DNA of 63,412 bases. Source: Octopus bimaculoides (taxonomy: Eukaryota). The number at the start of each line of letters is the position of its first letter. Positions within the stretch are counted from its first letter, which is position 1. This document shows positions 28,043-42,464 of the stretch, piece by piece. The notes beneath the pieces are model-generated. The model had not been told where the DNA came from. It made no database searches and worked only from the letters and a program-made list of their open reading frames with translations. The position numbers and the translations under genes are program-made. The DNA lies in contig NC_068999.1 in NCBI RefSeq assembly GCF_001194135.2, forward strand, positions 15,399,324 to 15,462,735, written 5' to 3'.

Positions 28043-29490
28043 AGGTGACGGCAAGAACAAAGCTACATCCGATATAGTTAATAGGCTTGCAGTTTGGCAC
28101 CTGGAACGTCAATCTTATGCGAAAGAAATACTTAGTAATTCGATGGACGGATGAACCGATGAAATTTCTCGGGTCTGCTTTGGACCGGATTTCCAGTTAG
28201 ACGAGAAATGCTACAAGGATACAAGCTGTGTAGCCAGAAATATGCTGAGAGTGAATTGTCTCCGAAATGTCGGGCAGAGATGACAAGCAATTACATAACC
28301 TTACTGGCCGATTGTTTTGCTTTGCTCGAGTTCAAGTTTGGCCAGACTGAAGCGTCTACTTTCCAGCTTCCCGTAGAAAGGACGCATTCCGCTGGTGAAG
28401 CGATCCACTTCTTCTCAGCGCCATCTGTAAGACAGGTTTGGCAGACATGGCAGCTGATGCACAGAACTGTGTTGCGGCTACATCACTTACAGGTTTTCAT
28501 GGACGGTGAAGTTGTGGGCTATCCAGTTGTAAGACACGCATTTCCGTAGGTCATCTCTTTTGCAGAGCTGCAGGCGTGGGTAAGAAAGACCAAGATCATG
28601 CGTCTAGCACCTGGAAGGTTGTCAGGCGTTCACTCCCATCTATCAGTCGTGCAATATGTTCGGCGGAACTTCTAAGTTAGCAATATACAGAGACCTGTGG
28701 AATGTAGGAGCAATGAGGTTCTCGGACAAACTCTAAACTCCCACGAGGATGAAGTAGCTGGTCTGTCTCGGAGGATTTTTGTGCCCAGCTATCTCATCAA
28801 TAACATCCAGTAATCCCTAGCTTAGCAGTACTACTGAGGAGCACTGCCAGGTCGAGATAAATTCTACAGGCACAGACGCACTGTCAGTCCGGATTGTCAG
28901 AGACGCGTACTGAACGACGAAATCGTACTACATGTATGAGTACAACGTTCGAGTATTGCCGATTTGTATAGTCAAACAGCTGCTATTGCGTGTGGGAGGA
29001 ATCCGACTAGTAGTTGACTCTATCTAGAGGATACCCAACACCACTCATATTTAATAAAGCGAGCAGATGGTATTCTTTTCTCTAGTAACTATGGCGAAGG
29101 ACTTGGTGTGGTGGACAAGACTTGAACGCTTGAAAAGAGACACCTTCTTCTTCTGTCAAGTCATCAAGCACTTTCCCAAGTTCCACTCAGAAATGCAAGT
29201 GTAAATAGTAACATTTCCGAAAAATGGGTGACTGTGCTGAAATTGGTTTGGTGAATGGCCGTACTCTAAGCATGTGCATGTAGATTAAAGAAAACATGTT
29301 GAATGAGGTTTGTGCTTCTGGTAGTCAAGGCAATGATGGGAGTGTGAGGTTCCTTGATTAGCTCTGGTAGGAGGTTGTACTCTATTAGGAAGACAGCGTC
29401 TTTCATATCATCAAATACTTTGTATATTTTACATACCTTGTATATTATAAATATTTTTATATCATTTCACCGTCCTTTCCATTTCTTTCT
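28043..29490 (+). mobile_element. Tx1/L1-clade LINE, decayed 3' part of ORF2 plus 3' UTR
   Basis: GLQFGTWNVNLM...RWTDEPMKFLGVCFGPDFQ; LRLHHLQVFMDGEVVGYPVVRHAFP; C-terminal zinc-knuckle remnant (AVSPDCQRRVLNDEIVLH); AKDLVWWTRLERLKRDTFF. Stop near 29290. Confidence 0.8.
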
Positions 29491-30204
29491 TCTTATCATT
29501 TATGTAAACCAGTGGTTCGCAAAATTGTTCATGCCGCTGCTCTCTTAGCCCAGGCCACATTCCTAGCGCACAACACCCACTCACCACCACAAACATAGAC
29601 CACCTTCTGTAGCCAATTCAAAACAACCGTATTTCACAATTTAACCTAATTAACCCATTATATTGGCGGGGTTTTAGATACGTTCAAACCATTTGGCCAC
29701 CCCATTATCGTCCATCATTCCTTTTCTCCACCGTGTCCAAGAGGAAGTACACACCACATTGCCAACCACTGATGTAAACCATCACACAAATTGCAAACAC
29801 TCCTTGTGATGTTCCCTTCATCTCTGCCCTTGTGGCATACCAAATATAATAAGTTAGTACTAGTATTAATTGTAGGATCATCAGTATTGCTATTGTTGTT
29901 GTTGTTACGTAAATACCAATTTGCAAATTCTCTGTGGCTTTCTGCTGCTCTTACATTAGTTTATAAATCTGCGTGTACATTTTCAAATCTGATTTCAACA
30001 GAAGATTGCAAAAATAAGCATATGATCTATTTTGATGGAAATGTGTGAATATAAATTATTGGAAAATTCGCATCAAAAATATTAATGGAATATAGTCTTT
30101 CGAGATATTAATTCATATCTACTTTTGTCTTTGAAATTAATTCTCACCAAATACACATACAGAATTGGTGATATGTGTATATATATATGCATGTATGTAT
30201 GTAT

Positions 30205-30240
<36 letters not shown>

Positions 30241-30262
30241 GTATGTATATATGTATACATTT

Positions 30263-30304
<42 letters not shown>

Positions 30305-30318
30305 CTATATATATATAC

Positions 30319-30349
<31 letters not shown>

Positions 30350-30779
30350 AATGCATATACATGCGTGTGTGTGTGTGCGTGTGTGTGTGTGTGTTTGTGT
30401 ATGAAATATGTTTAGATGAATGTTTTTGCATATAATTAATATTTCCCTTATCGCATACACAAGCAAGTGTATGTTAGTGTACATCTATGAATAAAGATAC
30501 GTGGAGGAAGGCAGCTGGAGAGGGAGAGAATGAGGGGAAAGAGCAAAATAAATTCACACCTAGAACCTTGTGACTTTATTGACTTACAAACCTACAACAC
30601 GTCTCGGGTGCAATATTCACGTCGTATAAAAAAGCAACATGAAATGTATGGTCTGGACTTTTAAGCACTTCGTTATTAATTCATATGATCTACATTAATA
30701 AGACAACTAGGATGAAATGCATTCCCGTAACACTTGAAATATGATGCGTACTTTTTTGACAACTTTAGTAAAAATGACG

Positions 30780-31045
30780 AAAGTGATTAGAGTAAGATCG
30801 TAAGTTCATGAGTTCGATTTCTGGCGTTGCATTGAGTCCTTGAGCAAGACACTTTATTTCACGTTGCTCCAGTCTATTCAACTTTTGAAAGTGAGTAGTA
30901 ACTGTAAGTCAAAACGTCACCGTTGTCATATTATGTGTCACGCTGTGTCTCCCCGAGAAGTACGTTAAGGGCACGCGTGTATGTTGGAGTGCTCGGCTGT
31001 TCTGTTGATCGTATCAACTGGAATTTTCGCCATCGTAACTAAATG
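30780..31045 (+). mobile_element. tRNA-like SINE, family D
   Basis: GAGTTCGATT (B-box-like), TCCTTGAGCAAGACACTTTATTTCACGTTGCTCCAGTC, and 3' GATCGTATCAACTGGAATT...CGTAAC. Confidence 0.85.
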
Positions 31046-31324
31046 ATGAGGAGGATTCTTTGATTATTCTCGCAAGAAAGCAAGAGATCTTGCTTTTTTC
31101 TATGAAGGATATTAGTTCGTAGATATCTATGAGGTTATTATTCTCGACTATGAATCCTCTCACATTGTCACACTTCTTCGGAACTCCACGGAATACAACC
31201 TTTCAGAACCAGTAAGATTTTCTCATGGCAGCAGTTAATTAACTAGGAGAAGCTGAAAATTGTAAGACCCTAATACAATGAAGGAAAATGGGACGTAACT
31301 TTAGGGATTCATATTCTTTTATTC

Positions 31325-31526
31325 TTTTACTTGTTTCAGTCATTTCCCCTGCGGACATGCTGGAGCACCACATGTAGTCTAGCAAATCGACCCCAGGACT
31401 TATTCTTTCTAAGCGTAGTACTTATTCTATCGGTCTCTTTTGCTGAACCGCTAAGTTACGGGGAGGTAAACACGCCAGCGTCGGTTTTCAAGTGATGTTG
31501 GCGGGGACAAACACAGATACACAAAC
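31325..31526 (+). mobile_element. Interspersed repeat family B (SINE-like), near full length
   Basis: TTGTTTCAGTCATT...CATGCTGGAGCACC...AAATCGACCCCAGGACTTATTC...GAACCGCTAAGTTACGGGGA...GGGACAAACACAGA; reverse complement of 51592-51730. Confidence 0.85.
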
Positions 31527-32509
31527 TTTGTTTGTCCAGCAAAATGAAAGTAAAGCTATTCTTCTATACGATACAGCTTTGTTTCTACGTTCATTGACGT
31601 TGAAACTGAATCTTTGAATTCTCCTTCTTCGAATACTACATGTTTTTTTTAAGAACAATGTTTTTCATATGGCCAACTTTATTTAGGAACATCACGTGAA
31701 TGGCCAAAAGCAAATGTTTTTGGTTATGCACCCCGAAATAAGGCACATAAGACAGGTTGTTTATAAAGAACTATTCACTTAATGCAACATGAATAATTCA
31801 ATAACTTAATTTGCTATTACAATCACTATATTCAATAATGACTAAATTACCTATTTAAATGAACTGTATTATATAATTCCCATTACTGTATTGATAAATA
31901 CATAACGCATAGAACTCATTTATTATTGTCATATAATAAGCATTATATCATACTGTCATGTAATAAACAAACATATAATAAACACACATAAATAAACACA
32001 CATGCAGGAGGAGTAAGTCTAGATTTGTTGTGTTAGCATCACTCTGATTCATATTCGAAACTGTGTGGGAGCATTACGTGTGGGAACAAAAGCAAATCTT
32101 TATGCTTATGCACTCCGAAATAAAACAAAAGAAAAACATTGTTTATAATGAAATATTCACTCTTAATGCAACATGAATACTTCAATAACTTAATTCGTCA
32201 TTACTATCATTACCTTCACGAATGAAATCGATCTTTTTTCTACTTCAATCATCACATATTTTTCTCTTACAAAATACACAAGTACAGGGGGTTCATATGT
32301 GAAATTGATCTATTTTCCACTTCAATTACTACATATTTTTCTCTTCGAAAAATACACACATACAGGAGGAGAAAATTATATATATATATATATGATAATA
32401 CTTTGAATGTGTCTCCCGAGAAACAGTAAAAGTAGTTTCCCGATCAACACGACGTGTATCACTGGTAGTATATATATATATATATACTCGGTTTTTTTTT
32501 ATACTTAGT

Positions 32510-32790
32510 CAAACCATGTCTAACTTAATAGCACCACCTGGCGAAGTCATTCAAATCAGGAATCGGATAACATGGCTCACTCGAGGAGAGAGCTATTGTT
32601 TATGGAGACACACCCGGGTGTAGGAGTTTTATCCGGGATTTTTTTGAAGGAATTTAACCAAAAACTACTTGAACATGTTGACGGACATCACGGGGTTCAA
32701 GTCTTTGGTGTATCTTAAAGGCGATGCCAACATCATGTGGGCAATGGTGATGGAATACTTTCCACATCATGCAGATGATGTAGCGCTCTA
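32510..32790 (-). mobile_element. CR1/L2/Crack-type LINE 3' end
   Basis: Minus strand ...SVNMFK*FLVKFLQK/IPDKTPTPGCVSINNSSLLE, resembling the FKxxLDKFLxxIPDxPxxPGY C-terminus of this group. Confidence 0.6.
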
Positions 32791-33809
32791 TATATTCTTA
32801 TAATATAAAAAGGATAAAATTGTTAAATGTTTTATTAGTAGCCAGAATATAAAGACTTATATATATGATGCATTATACGCAACGGAAGCAATATGACAAA
32901 GAAATAGACGGCTCTGTATCATTCTTAATGCCGATATAATACGAAAATAAATTTAACTGTGTCTTTGCCCCACGACATACTTTGTTTAGAAGCAGAAAAA
33001 TATATTACTTGCAGACGAAAAACGTCTCCGTTAGACAATGAGAATGCTAGATTCACTTGTCTATACTTTGGGACTTCGACAGTAGCAAAATCTTATTGAC
33101 AATCGCAGACCAAGTCCAAATTTTATTTGTCACTAAAACGCATTAACTGCTGACAAATACCGCAATTAATTTGTATTTCGTGCTATGGCTGCATTAAGTA
33201 TGCTACACAGACGTCGGTTCTAATCTGATACTGCTTCAGTAGCATATAATGGATCATTATTCAGCTGGGTGCTAATTGCAACAGCAATTATTATTCAAAC
33301 GGTGTTTTACTATACCAATGTCAGCGGACATTGTCTTAGCATACGAATTCTGGTGAATACGTTATACTCATGTAATTCAAAGGTATAGAAGTCCGCAGCT
33401 GGCTTTCTCACCGCCGATGCTGGACAATTTCGTGTGTTACTCATATATTTGTGATCGTAAGCACAGTAATTCAATAAAAGATGTTGTCTCCGGAAAATGT
33501 GGATAATTATTTGCTTTTCGTGTGATACTTGCATTAGTTCTTTTACAAAGATATCTATGCTCACACAACACACATAAACACATATAAGCACACGCACACA
33601 CACCACCACGTACAGACACATGTATGCAAAACGTGTAGATAGGAAGATAGACAGAGATAAAGAGAGAACTAGATACATAGATAGAAAGATAAATACATAC
33701 ATACTAACGTGTGCGTATGCACAGATGTATAAATGCACGTATTTCTACGTATTCATCTATCTATCTATCTATCTATCTATCTATATATCTCTCTCTCTCT
33801 CTCTCCCTC

Positions 33810-33870
<61 letters not shown>

Positions 33871-33911
33871 ATATATATATATATATTGGTGTGCGTTTGT
33901 GTGTTTGCGTG

Positions 33912-33945
<34 letters not shown>

Positions 33946-34520
33946 TATATATATATAGGCATCCTACAAGGTACATACACACGTTTATAATTCTTACACA
34001 TATGAATGTGTGTATATATCTATATCTATCTATCTATCTATCTACATATATATTTATCCACACAGCTTCAGATACATATATACAGATAACCACACAAACA
34101 CATCGACGTAAGTACATGTATATTAGTACTTTTCATATGGATATTTCTGTGCGTGCGCTGCTTGCGTGTGTCTGTGCATGCGTGTCTGTGAGTGTGTTCG
34201 TGTGTATTGGACATATATCGATTTCACAATCAACAGCATCTATAATTCTTACTGCAAATTGTTGATTCAGTTCGTTGTAATTCTGATTATGAGAATATTT
34301 AATAATCATCGAATTCTAAATCACCAAAGAAAATGATATTATCTGAAGTTAGATACATATATCTTACACATGCATGAGTTGCAAAATTATGTGGAAACAA
34401 TTATACATATAGACACACACATACACACAAACACACACACACACACATTCACACTCATACACACAATCTATAATGTGTACGTTACGTATTTATGTGTATC
34501 CTGCCCTCATTTGAAGCGCA

Positions 34521-34560
<40 letters not shown>

Positions 34561-35717
34561 ATGAATGTATGCATATGTGAGTGGCTGTATGTATGAGTTT
34601 GTGTGTGTGTGAGTTTATTGGTGTCTTGTAGTATAAGATAATTCGATTATTTCAAGCTTATTTCTCTAGAGTAGATATTGTGTGGTACGTAAGTAATACA
34701 TAACTGTATTTGTATGTGCGCACGTGTGTGTTTGTGTTTGTATGTTACCGTTTTGATCAATGGTGTTGTAAAAATGAGGTCGTTATTTCCTTATTGTAGC
34801 ATTTTCTTCATGCGTGTATGTGTTTTTAGGACGATACCTCAGGGCAGCATATTAATAAGAATATAAACGTGGTAAAATTCGAATCGATTTTTTTTTTTCA
34901 TTTTTAGACGTGACAAAACATAGTTTATCACACAGAGAGAAGGCGTGTAAGCAATAATGAAGATCACTTTTGTACACCAGGGTTGAAAAGTAAGACTCTA
35001 AAATAGTTTAATTAATGCATGATGTAACGTAGCATTTTGAGAAGAATTAGCCAAACTATTGACAGGGCAATTGATATAGCCTGTTTTCAAGGAGTGTAAT
35101 TCGTGTGCATTCTTATGCAACTCGTGTATGAAAGGTTTGCTACAGTCATACATTTGCTCGAACACTTCAAGTGTAGTATGACTTTACTTCATAATGTAGA
35201 ACGAATAAAGAAGACATCTCATTCAACATATTCCGGTCAGCAAAGACAGACAGAGGTTTCATGAATATATAAATAAACATGTACATATATACACATACAT
35301 ACACACATATATATATATACACATATATATACATATATATATACACACACGCATATATATATGTATATATATACGTGTGTGTGTGTGTGTGTACATATAT
35401 ATATATATATATATANNNNNNNNNNNNNNNNNNNNNNNNNNNNNNNNNNNNNNNNNNNNNNNNNNNNNNNNNNNNNNNNNNNNNNNNNNNNNNNNNNNNN
35501 NNNNNNNNNNNNNNNNNNNNNNNNNNNNNNNNNNNNNNNNNNNNNNNNNNNNNNNNNNNNNNNNNNNNNNNNNNNNNNNNNNNNNNNNNNNNNNNNNNNN
35601 NNNNNNNNNNNNNNNNNNNNNNNNNNNNNNNNNNNNNNNNNNNNNNNNNNNNNNNNNNNNNNNNNNNNNNNNNNNNNNNNNNNNNTATATATATATATAT
35701 ATATATATGTATATGTA

Positions 35718-36355
35718 TTGGGTCATCCCATAAATAATGCGGGTTTTTTCCATCGCATAAACTAAAAGTCGCATGCGGACGAGATAAACTACCTGCATCA
35801 ACTTGCTATAAAAGCATGTACTAGTTTACTTTGTACTTATTCTTAGTGCATGATTTGAAGAAAGCAGTTCGATATTTTTTTTTGTTTTTTCAAGAATTTA
35901 ATAGAAATGACGAAGGAACATATTCGACATATTTTGCTTTATGAGTTCAATAAAGTGAACAACGCAACGGAAAGTGCGAATAGCATTATTGCAGTATATA
36001 GGGATCGGACAACAAGCGTAAGCCAGTGTCAGCGGAGTTTCCAGAAGTTCCAAGCCGGAAACTACAGCCTAGAAGACGTGCCTCGTCCTGGAAGATTTGT
36101 GGAGCTCGACAAGGACGTCCAGCGAATCCTGGTGGAACAAAACCCCTTCGTAACTGTTTAGGAACTAGCAGGGAAGCTTGGATATGGTCGTTCAGCCTGT
36201 CATTCAAGTCAGCGCTAGGAGAAAAATGACAAATTTTGGTTTCATTACGAAAGGTGTTCATCCATCAGGATAATGATCGGCCACATACAGCGAGGATGAC
36301 ATTCCAAAGGTTGGAACATTACGAATGGGGAACGATGCCCCATCCACCATATACG
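35718..36355 (+). mobile_element. mariner (Mos1/Hsmar-like) transposon: left TIR plus internally deleted transposase
   Basis: TA|TTGGGTCATCCCATAAATAATGCGG TIR-like end. MTKEHIRHILLYEFNK...QCQRSFQKFQAGNYSLEDVPRPGR (35907-36161) then jumps to VFIHQDNDRPHTARMT...WGTMPHPPY. First catalytic D region absent; right end not seen. Confidence 0.9.
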
Positions 36356-36454
36356 ATGTTTTATATACTTTTAGTCCTTTCTTTGTAATCTGAAATGAGT
36401 TTAATCTGCCTCCGATTGAAGTATGTTTCGTTTCCATTGAGGCGTATATATGTG

Positions 36455-36722
36455 TAAGCCTATGCCATTGTTTTTAGCGTATTCATCTCACGGTTGTACG
36501 GTTATGATCTCGCCGGCGCGTTGTGTTCTTGAGCAAGACATTCTATATCATATTTTCCCAGTCGACTCAACTGGCATAAATCAGTTGTATGTCTAGTACA
36601 ATAGGCGAAGCTTGAAGCCTTTTATATTCGATGTGTCGCCCTAAATCTCTTTGAGAATCATGTTAAGGACATACGTGTCTGTGAAGTGTTCAGCCACTTG
36701 CACGTTGATTTCACAAGCTGGC
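36455..36722 (+). mobile_element. tRNA-like SINE, family D
   Basis: GTTGTGTTCTTGAGCAAGACATT...CCCAGTCGACTCAACTG...TCAGCCACTTGCACGTTGATTTCAC. Confidence 0.8.
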
Positions 36723-36867
36723 TTCTTCTCTCGCTGTGCCCGAGAGAGTGTCCTATTATAACATATGTAATATGTAATGACACATATGCGTTTGAATGAG
36801 TGTATGTAAATATGTGTGTACGTTTCTCAGTGCGTGTGCGAGTGTGTGTATGCCTGTGTATTTATTA

Positions 36868-37012
<145 letters not shown>

Positions 37013-37390
37013 TCATATGTAAGTATGTGTCCATGTGTCCGTATGTTGTTGTTGAGATTTACCCCACAACGAAACAAGCGTCCCACTTAGAATGTTTAAA
37101 TTTTCGGAACTACATGGAAAGTATAAAATCTAATAAGATGATCTCTTGAGAATTATAAATCCTTCAACGCAAAATTTAAAATAATTAAGATCATATTTAT
37201 TTGAGTAACAAAAGGAAGCAAGGAATAACTTTATGTACTCGAGATGTTCAAGGAAAGAGCCTGAAAGAGGAGAAACATTTCGTGCATGGGAGTTCAACAT
37301 CAAAGATAAGATGAGAATTATCAGAATGACTAATTACTCGAACTATTAATCATAAGAGAACTAAGTTTAGCTATAGATGAGTGTAGAAGC

Positions 37391-37465
37391 ATTTATATAT
37401 TAGAGATTTATATATTAGAGATTTATATATTAGAGATTTATATATTAGAGATTTATATATTAGAG
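37391..37465. repeat. Five perfect tandem copies of ATTTATATATTAGAG (15 bp)
   Basis: Direct reading. Confidence 0.95.
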
Positions 37466-37937
37466 ATACAGAAGTAAAGACCCAACTATGACAGAAGGGT
37501 TGAAGATAAGCTGTCAAAAGAGGAATGATTGTGTGAGAAACTTGCTTTTCAATATTATCACTAAGACAAAGTACGCTAGCAGAAAATCCAGCTCTAATGT
37601 GAGATGAATGAGAGCCGTATAAAGTCGAAAACTACATTCGAAAGTGAGAGTGTGTGTGTATATACATGTGTGTGTGTGTCCGCGTGCGTGCATATGTGTG
37701 TGTGTGTGTCATTATGTCTTGATATGCATATGGTGTATGTTAGACTCATGTTACTTAAAATACTGTTATATTAGCTGATACTATCTTATATTACATATAA
37801 GCGAATTTGCCTATCTATACAATGGCATGTGTATGCGCAAGTAAACTATTCCACTTTATTTTATATATGTATTTCTTTTTGGCATGTATACACACACACA
37901 CGCACACCCACACACATACACACACACATACACACAC

Positions 37938-38025
<88 letters not shown>

Positions 38026-39464
38026 TTAATAGAATATAGATAAATAGACAGATAGATATAGATGTAGATATAGATATAAATGTATGTATGTATATATGTG
38101 TATGTAAGAATAAATATGTGTGTACGTATATACATACAAACATACATACATACATACATACATAAATACAAACATACATACATACATACATACATAAATA
38201 CAAACATACATACATACATACATACATACATACATACATACATACAATGGTGTTTGTGTTTTTCAAGTTTCTTGCGAATGCGATTCAGTGTTTCACAGAC
38301 AGTTACTAATACAATATTACTGTTGCTTTTGAAGTAGTGCAACTTGTCACTACTAAATGATATGCTGTTTCGAAGGTTGAGCTTTCAGGAAACTTGATCT
38401 ATGCTCATTTCACTTGTTTTGATTTACTGTATCGAACAGATATTTAAAAAGACTGTATAGGAAGACAGAAAGAGAAGACGTAGAATGAATACAAAACGAT
38501 GAATTCGAATGCACAAACTGTATGAAAAATCGATGAAAACTAAAGCTATCTAGACGTTTGTTCGTAATTCGATAGGTGTAAGAAAATCGAAAATCTATAT
38601 GACTATCGCGCTATAAACATGTCGAGAAAAGAAATTGTCTTGAATACAGAATGTTGTTTCAAATTGTAAAGGATTTATGGTTTCGTTATGTGTTTCAACA
38701 TCAATGAAATATACACGTCTATGTCTACATATATTGGAATACACACTCATATATACATACATACATATATAAATATATATATATATATATANNNNNNNNN
38801 NNNNNNNNNNNNNNNNNNNNNNNNNNNNNNNNNNNNNNNNNNNNNNNNNNNNNNNNNNNNNNNNNNNNNNNNNNNNNNNNNNNNNNNNNNNNNNNNNNNN
38901 NNNNNNNNNNNNNNNNNNNNNNNNNNNNNNNNNNNNNNNNNNNNNNNNNNNNNNNNNNNNNNNNNNNNNNNNNNNNNNNNNNNNNNNNNNNNNNNNNNNN
39001 NNNNNNNNNNNNNNNNNNNNNNNNNNNNNNNNNNNNNNNNNNNNNNNNNNNNNNNNNNNNNNNNNNNNNNNNNNNNNNNNNNNNNNNNNNNNNNNNNNNN
39101 NNNNNNNNNNNNNNNNNNNNNNNNNNNNNNNNNNNNNNNNNNNNNNNNNNNNNNNNNNNNNNNNNNNNNNNNNNNNNNNNNNNNNNNNNNNNNNNNNNNN
39201 NNNNNNNNNNNNNNNNNNNNNNNNNNNNNNNNNNNNNNNNNNNNNNNNNNNNNNNNNNNNNNNNNNNNNNNNNNNNNNNNNNNNNNNNNNNNNNNNNNNN
39301 NNNNNNNNNNNNNNNNNNNNNNNNNNNNNNNNNNNNNNNNNNNNNNNNNNNNNNNNNNNNNNNNNNNNNNNNNNNNNNNNNNNNNNNNNNNNNNNNNNNN
39401 NNNNNNNNNNNNNNNNNNNNNNNNNNNNNNNNNNNNNNNNNNNNNNNNNNNNNNNNNNNNNNNN

Positions 39465-39499
<35 letters not shown>

Positions 39500-39563
39500 T
39501 CTGTGTGCATTTGTGTGTTTGTGTGTGGGTGGGTGTGAGAGTGTGTGGGTGTGTATGTGTGTG

Positions 39564-39597
<34 letters not shown>

Positions 39598-40399
39598 CGT
39601 GTGTGTGCGTGCATGTATGTATTCTTAACATATAAATGTGCTGTACGCACTTTTGCTTCTGTGTACGGTTCCCCTTTGTTAGAAGCAATATAGGACAACT
39701 GAGGAACTGCAATCTGTCCACTGCTGTCCTATTGCCTTCTGATAAACTATTTTCTTTAATAAAATGTTATTTTTTAAAATCTTTTTTTTTATTTTTACAT
39801 CATTATTCAATCTTGAGGTTATCTTCTTAAGAATTTATATTACTTATTAAAGTACCCGACCAATTGTCCAGCAGGTTTTTGATCGAAGATGGTCCAAGTT
39901 TCTAAATTTTCTGGTTTTTAGATGACAGCCCAAATATATACTATGGGAAAGTGGAAAACTAATTTAATACATTTCTTAAACAAGACTTGTTTGATACTAA
40001 TATATCCACTTAAAATTATTCAAATGTATCATTGTTCCGTTGTACATAGTATTTTATCGGATAAAAAACTCAGGAGGAAAACAGTACACTGAATATTTTC
40101 GTTCAGAGAGTCATGTAGGTAAAATCACAGACACACAAACTTGCATAATAAATACTGTGCAATACTTCATTCACTAAGATTATCTTCCCTTGAAGTGGAT
40201 AAGCCGCAAATGCCCATTGACATGAGAGTATCTCCATATGAGAGAGGTTGACAAACCCAAAGTCAAGCAGCGTATGAAGTTAACATGCCCTCCAGTTTAA
40301 GGTTTGAAGATAAAAAGACATTCGTGGATTCATGCTTCCGCCTTCATAAACGTCATTAGCACGGTTCTACTCTTTTTGTATGTGAATGTTGTTTGGCTT

Positions 40400-40476
40400 C
40401 TGATTAGGACAAGTGTTGTGTAGACCTGTTGTTTACACCACCTGTCTTCGTCTGCTGTTTTTTTTAGTAAATTCTC

Positions 40477-40482
<6 letters not shown>
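40400..40482. repeat. Short interspersed repeat abutting (AT)n; second copy at about 57790-57845
   Basis: TGTTGTTTACACCACCTGTCTTCGTCTGCTG...ATTCTCCCATATAT versus TGTTATTTACACCTCCTGTCCTCGTCTGTTG...ATTCTCCCATATAT. A Penelope-terminus origin is my recollection only. Confidence 0.6.
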
Positions 40483-40540
<58 letters not shown>

Positions 40541-42413
40541 TCACAAACATACACACACACATACACTCAGGCACATACACATACATTCAGACACACACAC
40601 GCACACATACGCTCACACACACACACACACACATACACACAAGCACACACACACACGCCTACCGACGTTACTCTTACACAAAAGATTGTCGATAATTTCG
40701 ATTCTTTTGGTATTCCAGACCTTATATATGTGTATATATAAAGGCTCACTCCCTCTCTTTCTCCCACTGCCTCTCTCTCTCTCTCACTCTCCCTCTTTCC
40801 TCTCATCTCCCCCGCTCTCTCTCCCTCTCATTCTCTTTCTTGTGGTAAGAGAAAACTAGGCGTGATGCAATTCTGTATGTGTGGCAAATAGATAAATGAC
40901 TTTACGGATAGTTTGAATTGGTGGATGGAAATAAAGGGTCAGTGAACAGCTGAAGAGAAAGGGATGAAGGGAGAGGAGATGTAGACGGAGAAGAAGGAGA
41001 ATTCAAAGTTCGCTGCAGCTTTGTTGTAAAGTTATTTCATTATACACATCAAAAGCGAACATCTACATCGTCTCTAGTTAGTAGCATTCCACCGGAAAGT
41101 TGCAAAGTAGACGTGGTGTAATAGAGGGATTCGAAAACCATGAATAGTGCATTGCCGTTCTAGTTGCTATACCAAAGCGACATCACAAATTTAACTTAAA
41201 CTACGCTTAACGTGTCTCCCCTGAAATAAGAAGGCTCTGAAACTGTAACGGGAGGATCAATAATAGATTAATAGAGTGTAACGAATTTATTTATTAGTTA
41301 TTTATTTATTTATTTAATGTACGGACAGGAGAAGCGAGAGCTTGATATGAAAATTATTATCATTTATATATTTTCAGGATATAAATGTATAAACTAAAAA
41401 TCAAAAGAAAGGAACAATATATATATATGAATATACAGTAGAGAAAAAAATTACAGCAAGAATTATAGAATAAATTGAATCCAATTTATTCTCTATATAT
41501 CTATAATGAAACAGATGTTGGCAGTAAACTGAGTAGCTTATTGACTGAAACATTCTTTCAATTTGTTAGCAGAACACACATTTGTAAACATACCTGTATG
41601 TACATGTATGCACACATACATACACGCACACACTCATGCACGCACACACAAATACACACGCATATACACATGCATCCATATCTGTGAGTGTCTGCATTTG
41701 AATATGTATATGTGTCTCTGGGATTCTGTCCGTATGTCTATGTGTATGTGGAATAGCTTTTCTGATAGAAAGCCAGATGTAAAAGTTGATAAAGAGCGAT
41801 AAGTATTTATATCCTTATCTTTCAATACTTAGTATATGTTCATTATATTTATGAAACACGGTTTTCGCCCATAAAAACAATAAATGATTTACAAGCAAAA
41901 CGAGATTTCCCTCCTGAAACGTTATATACGTTCGCGTTCATTTTCTCTCCCTCCACCCTTTTTTTTTTTTTTCCTTTAATTCTGCTCTACTTGAACAAGA
42001 ATAATGTTATATCTGCCGGCATTGGAACGATAAATATAACTGTTATAATATTTCATTATCTTCATGGAAAATACGACGGAAACATTAGTTGGGGGAAATA
42101 GAAATTATTTTCATTTAAAAAGTTATTGTTAAATATATGAGAACGAAAGTATAATAAAATATATTATTATGCATTATAAAACGTAATTTTTCAGGAATAT
42201 TGAAAGCAATATTCAAAATGGAAAACAAATCAACAACATGCTAATATAGAAATTTGTATTGCTATAATGATTCTTATTTATGTACTACAATATGTTCAGA
42301 GAAAAACAAATGCTGCAAACAGTGCAAGTTATAATTAGGTAAAAAAAAAATAGTGGAAAAATCAATATTGTAATAAAAATGATTTAGTAATATTTTAGAA
42401 ACTTGTGTCATTA

Positions 42414-42464
<51 letters not shown>

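Noticed and set aside
29510-29705. Possible hAT-type MITE (CAGTGGTTCGCAAA...TTTGGCCACCCC)
   Set aside because: Only about 13/20 terminal match and no 8-bp target-site duplication seen.
31074-31100. Hairpin AAAGCAAGA-GA-TCTTGCTTT followed by a T-run, like an intrinsic terminator
   Set aside because: Eukaryotic context with no upstream gene; short and AT-rich, so expected by chance.
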